Notes under the pieces: model-generated
The model's database searches: none
Told to the model about the DNA's origin: nothing
The model's input: only the letters and a program-made list of their open reading frames with translations
In this document: piece after piece, positions 51,268 through 51,436 of the stretch
Layout: each line of letters starts with the position of its first letter
Position numbering within the stretch: the stretch's first letter is position 1
IMG/VR virus record: IMGVR_UViG_3300046542_000361
Length of the DNA stretch: 51,436 nucleotides
From: a virus
Taxonomy: Duplodnaviria; Heunggongvirae; Uroviricota; Caudoviricetes
Direction: 5' to 3' (one strand)
Position numbers and translations under genes: made by a program

Positions 51268-51436
51268 ATGAGCAAAAGCTATAGCGCAGCGCGCGTATCG
51301 CTGACCGAGCGCGAACTAAGAGACAGACAAAAGCGACGCGCGTTCAAGACGCGTAACGCGACCGGCGATAGTGTCGAATTGCTAGATCGACGTTTCGACT
51401 ATCAGCAAATCGACATATACGAAATGCTGAATATGC
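51268..51436 (+). CDS. Hypothetical protein, 3' end runs off the window
   Basis: Open frame MSKSYSAARVSLTERELRDRQKRRAFKTRNATGDSVELL... to the window end. Confidence 0.5.
   Translation, partial: MSKSYSAARVSLTERELRDRQKRRAFKTRNATGDSVELLDRRFDYQQIDIYEMLNM

Larger units (their letters stand above)
1..51436. mobile_element. Temperate siphovirus / phage-plasmid genome segment (SSU5/pHCM2-like organisation)
   Basis: Terminase, portal, capsid, lambda-like tail, lysis, primase and helicase genes plus a ParA/RHH partition pair; no host housekeeping genes or integrase seen. Confidence 0.9.

Overview
The whole window is part of a temperate siphovirus genome of about 60% GC (estimated by eye), probably from an alphaproteobacterial host (inference). 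It carries a plasmid-type ParA plus ribbon-helix-helix partition pair and has no integrase in view. Gene content and order recall SSU5/pHCM2-like phage-plasmids. From right to left on the minus strand: a ParB-like/ABC-ATPase/GNAT module directly upstream of the terminase, then head, head-fibre, neck and lambda-like tail genes (with a -1 frameshift chaperone), a lysis cassette, a T5-A1-like metallophosphoesterase, a tail fibre, PhoH, DnaB helicase and primase. To the right lie an SF2 helicase, a dNMP kinase, parA and an accessory block (Acb2-like and Ntn-protease-like genes). The most striking signal is a 1,066-bp stretch (50240-51305) with no GG or CC dinucleotide at all. It spans a 190-aa gene with no Gly, Pro or Trp, and lies about 180 bp downstream of a cluster of eight G-runs. 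A 20-bp palindrome occurs 20 times in intergenic spaces, a second 9-bp motif clusters around parA, and a 74-83 bp palindromic element occurs twice. All family calls come from motif recognition only; no database searches were run.
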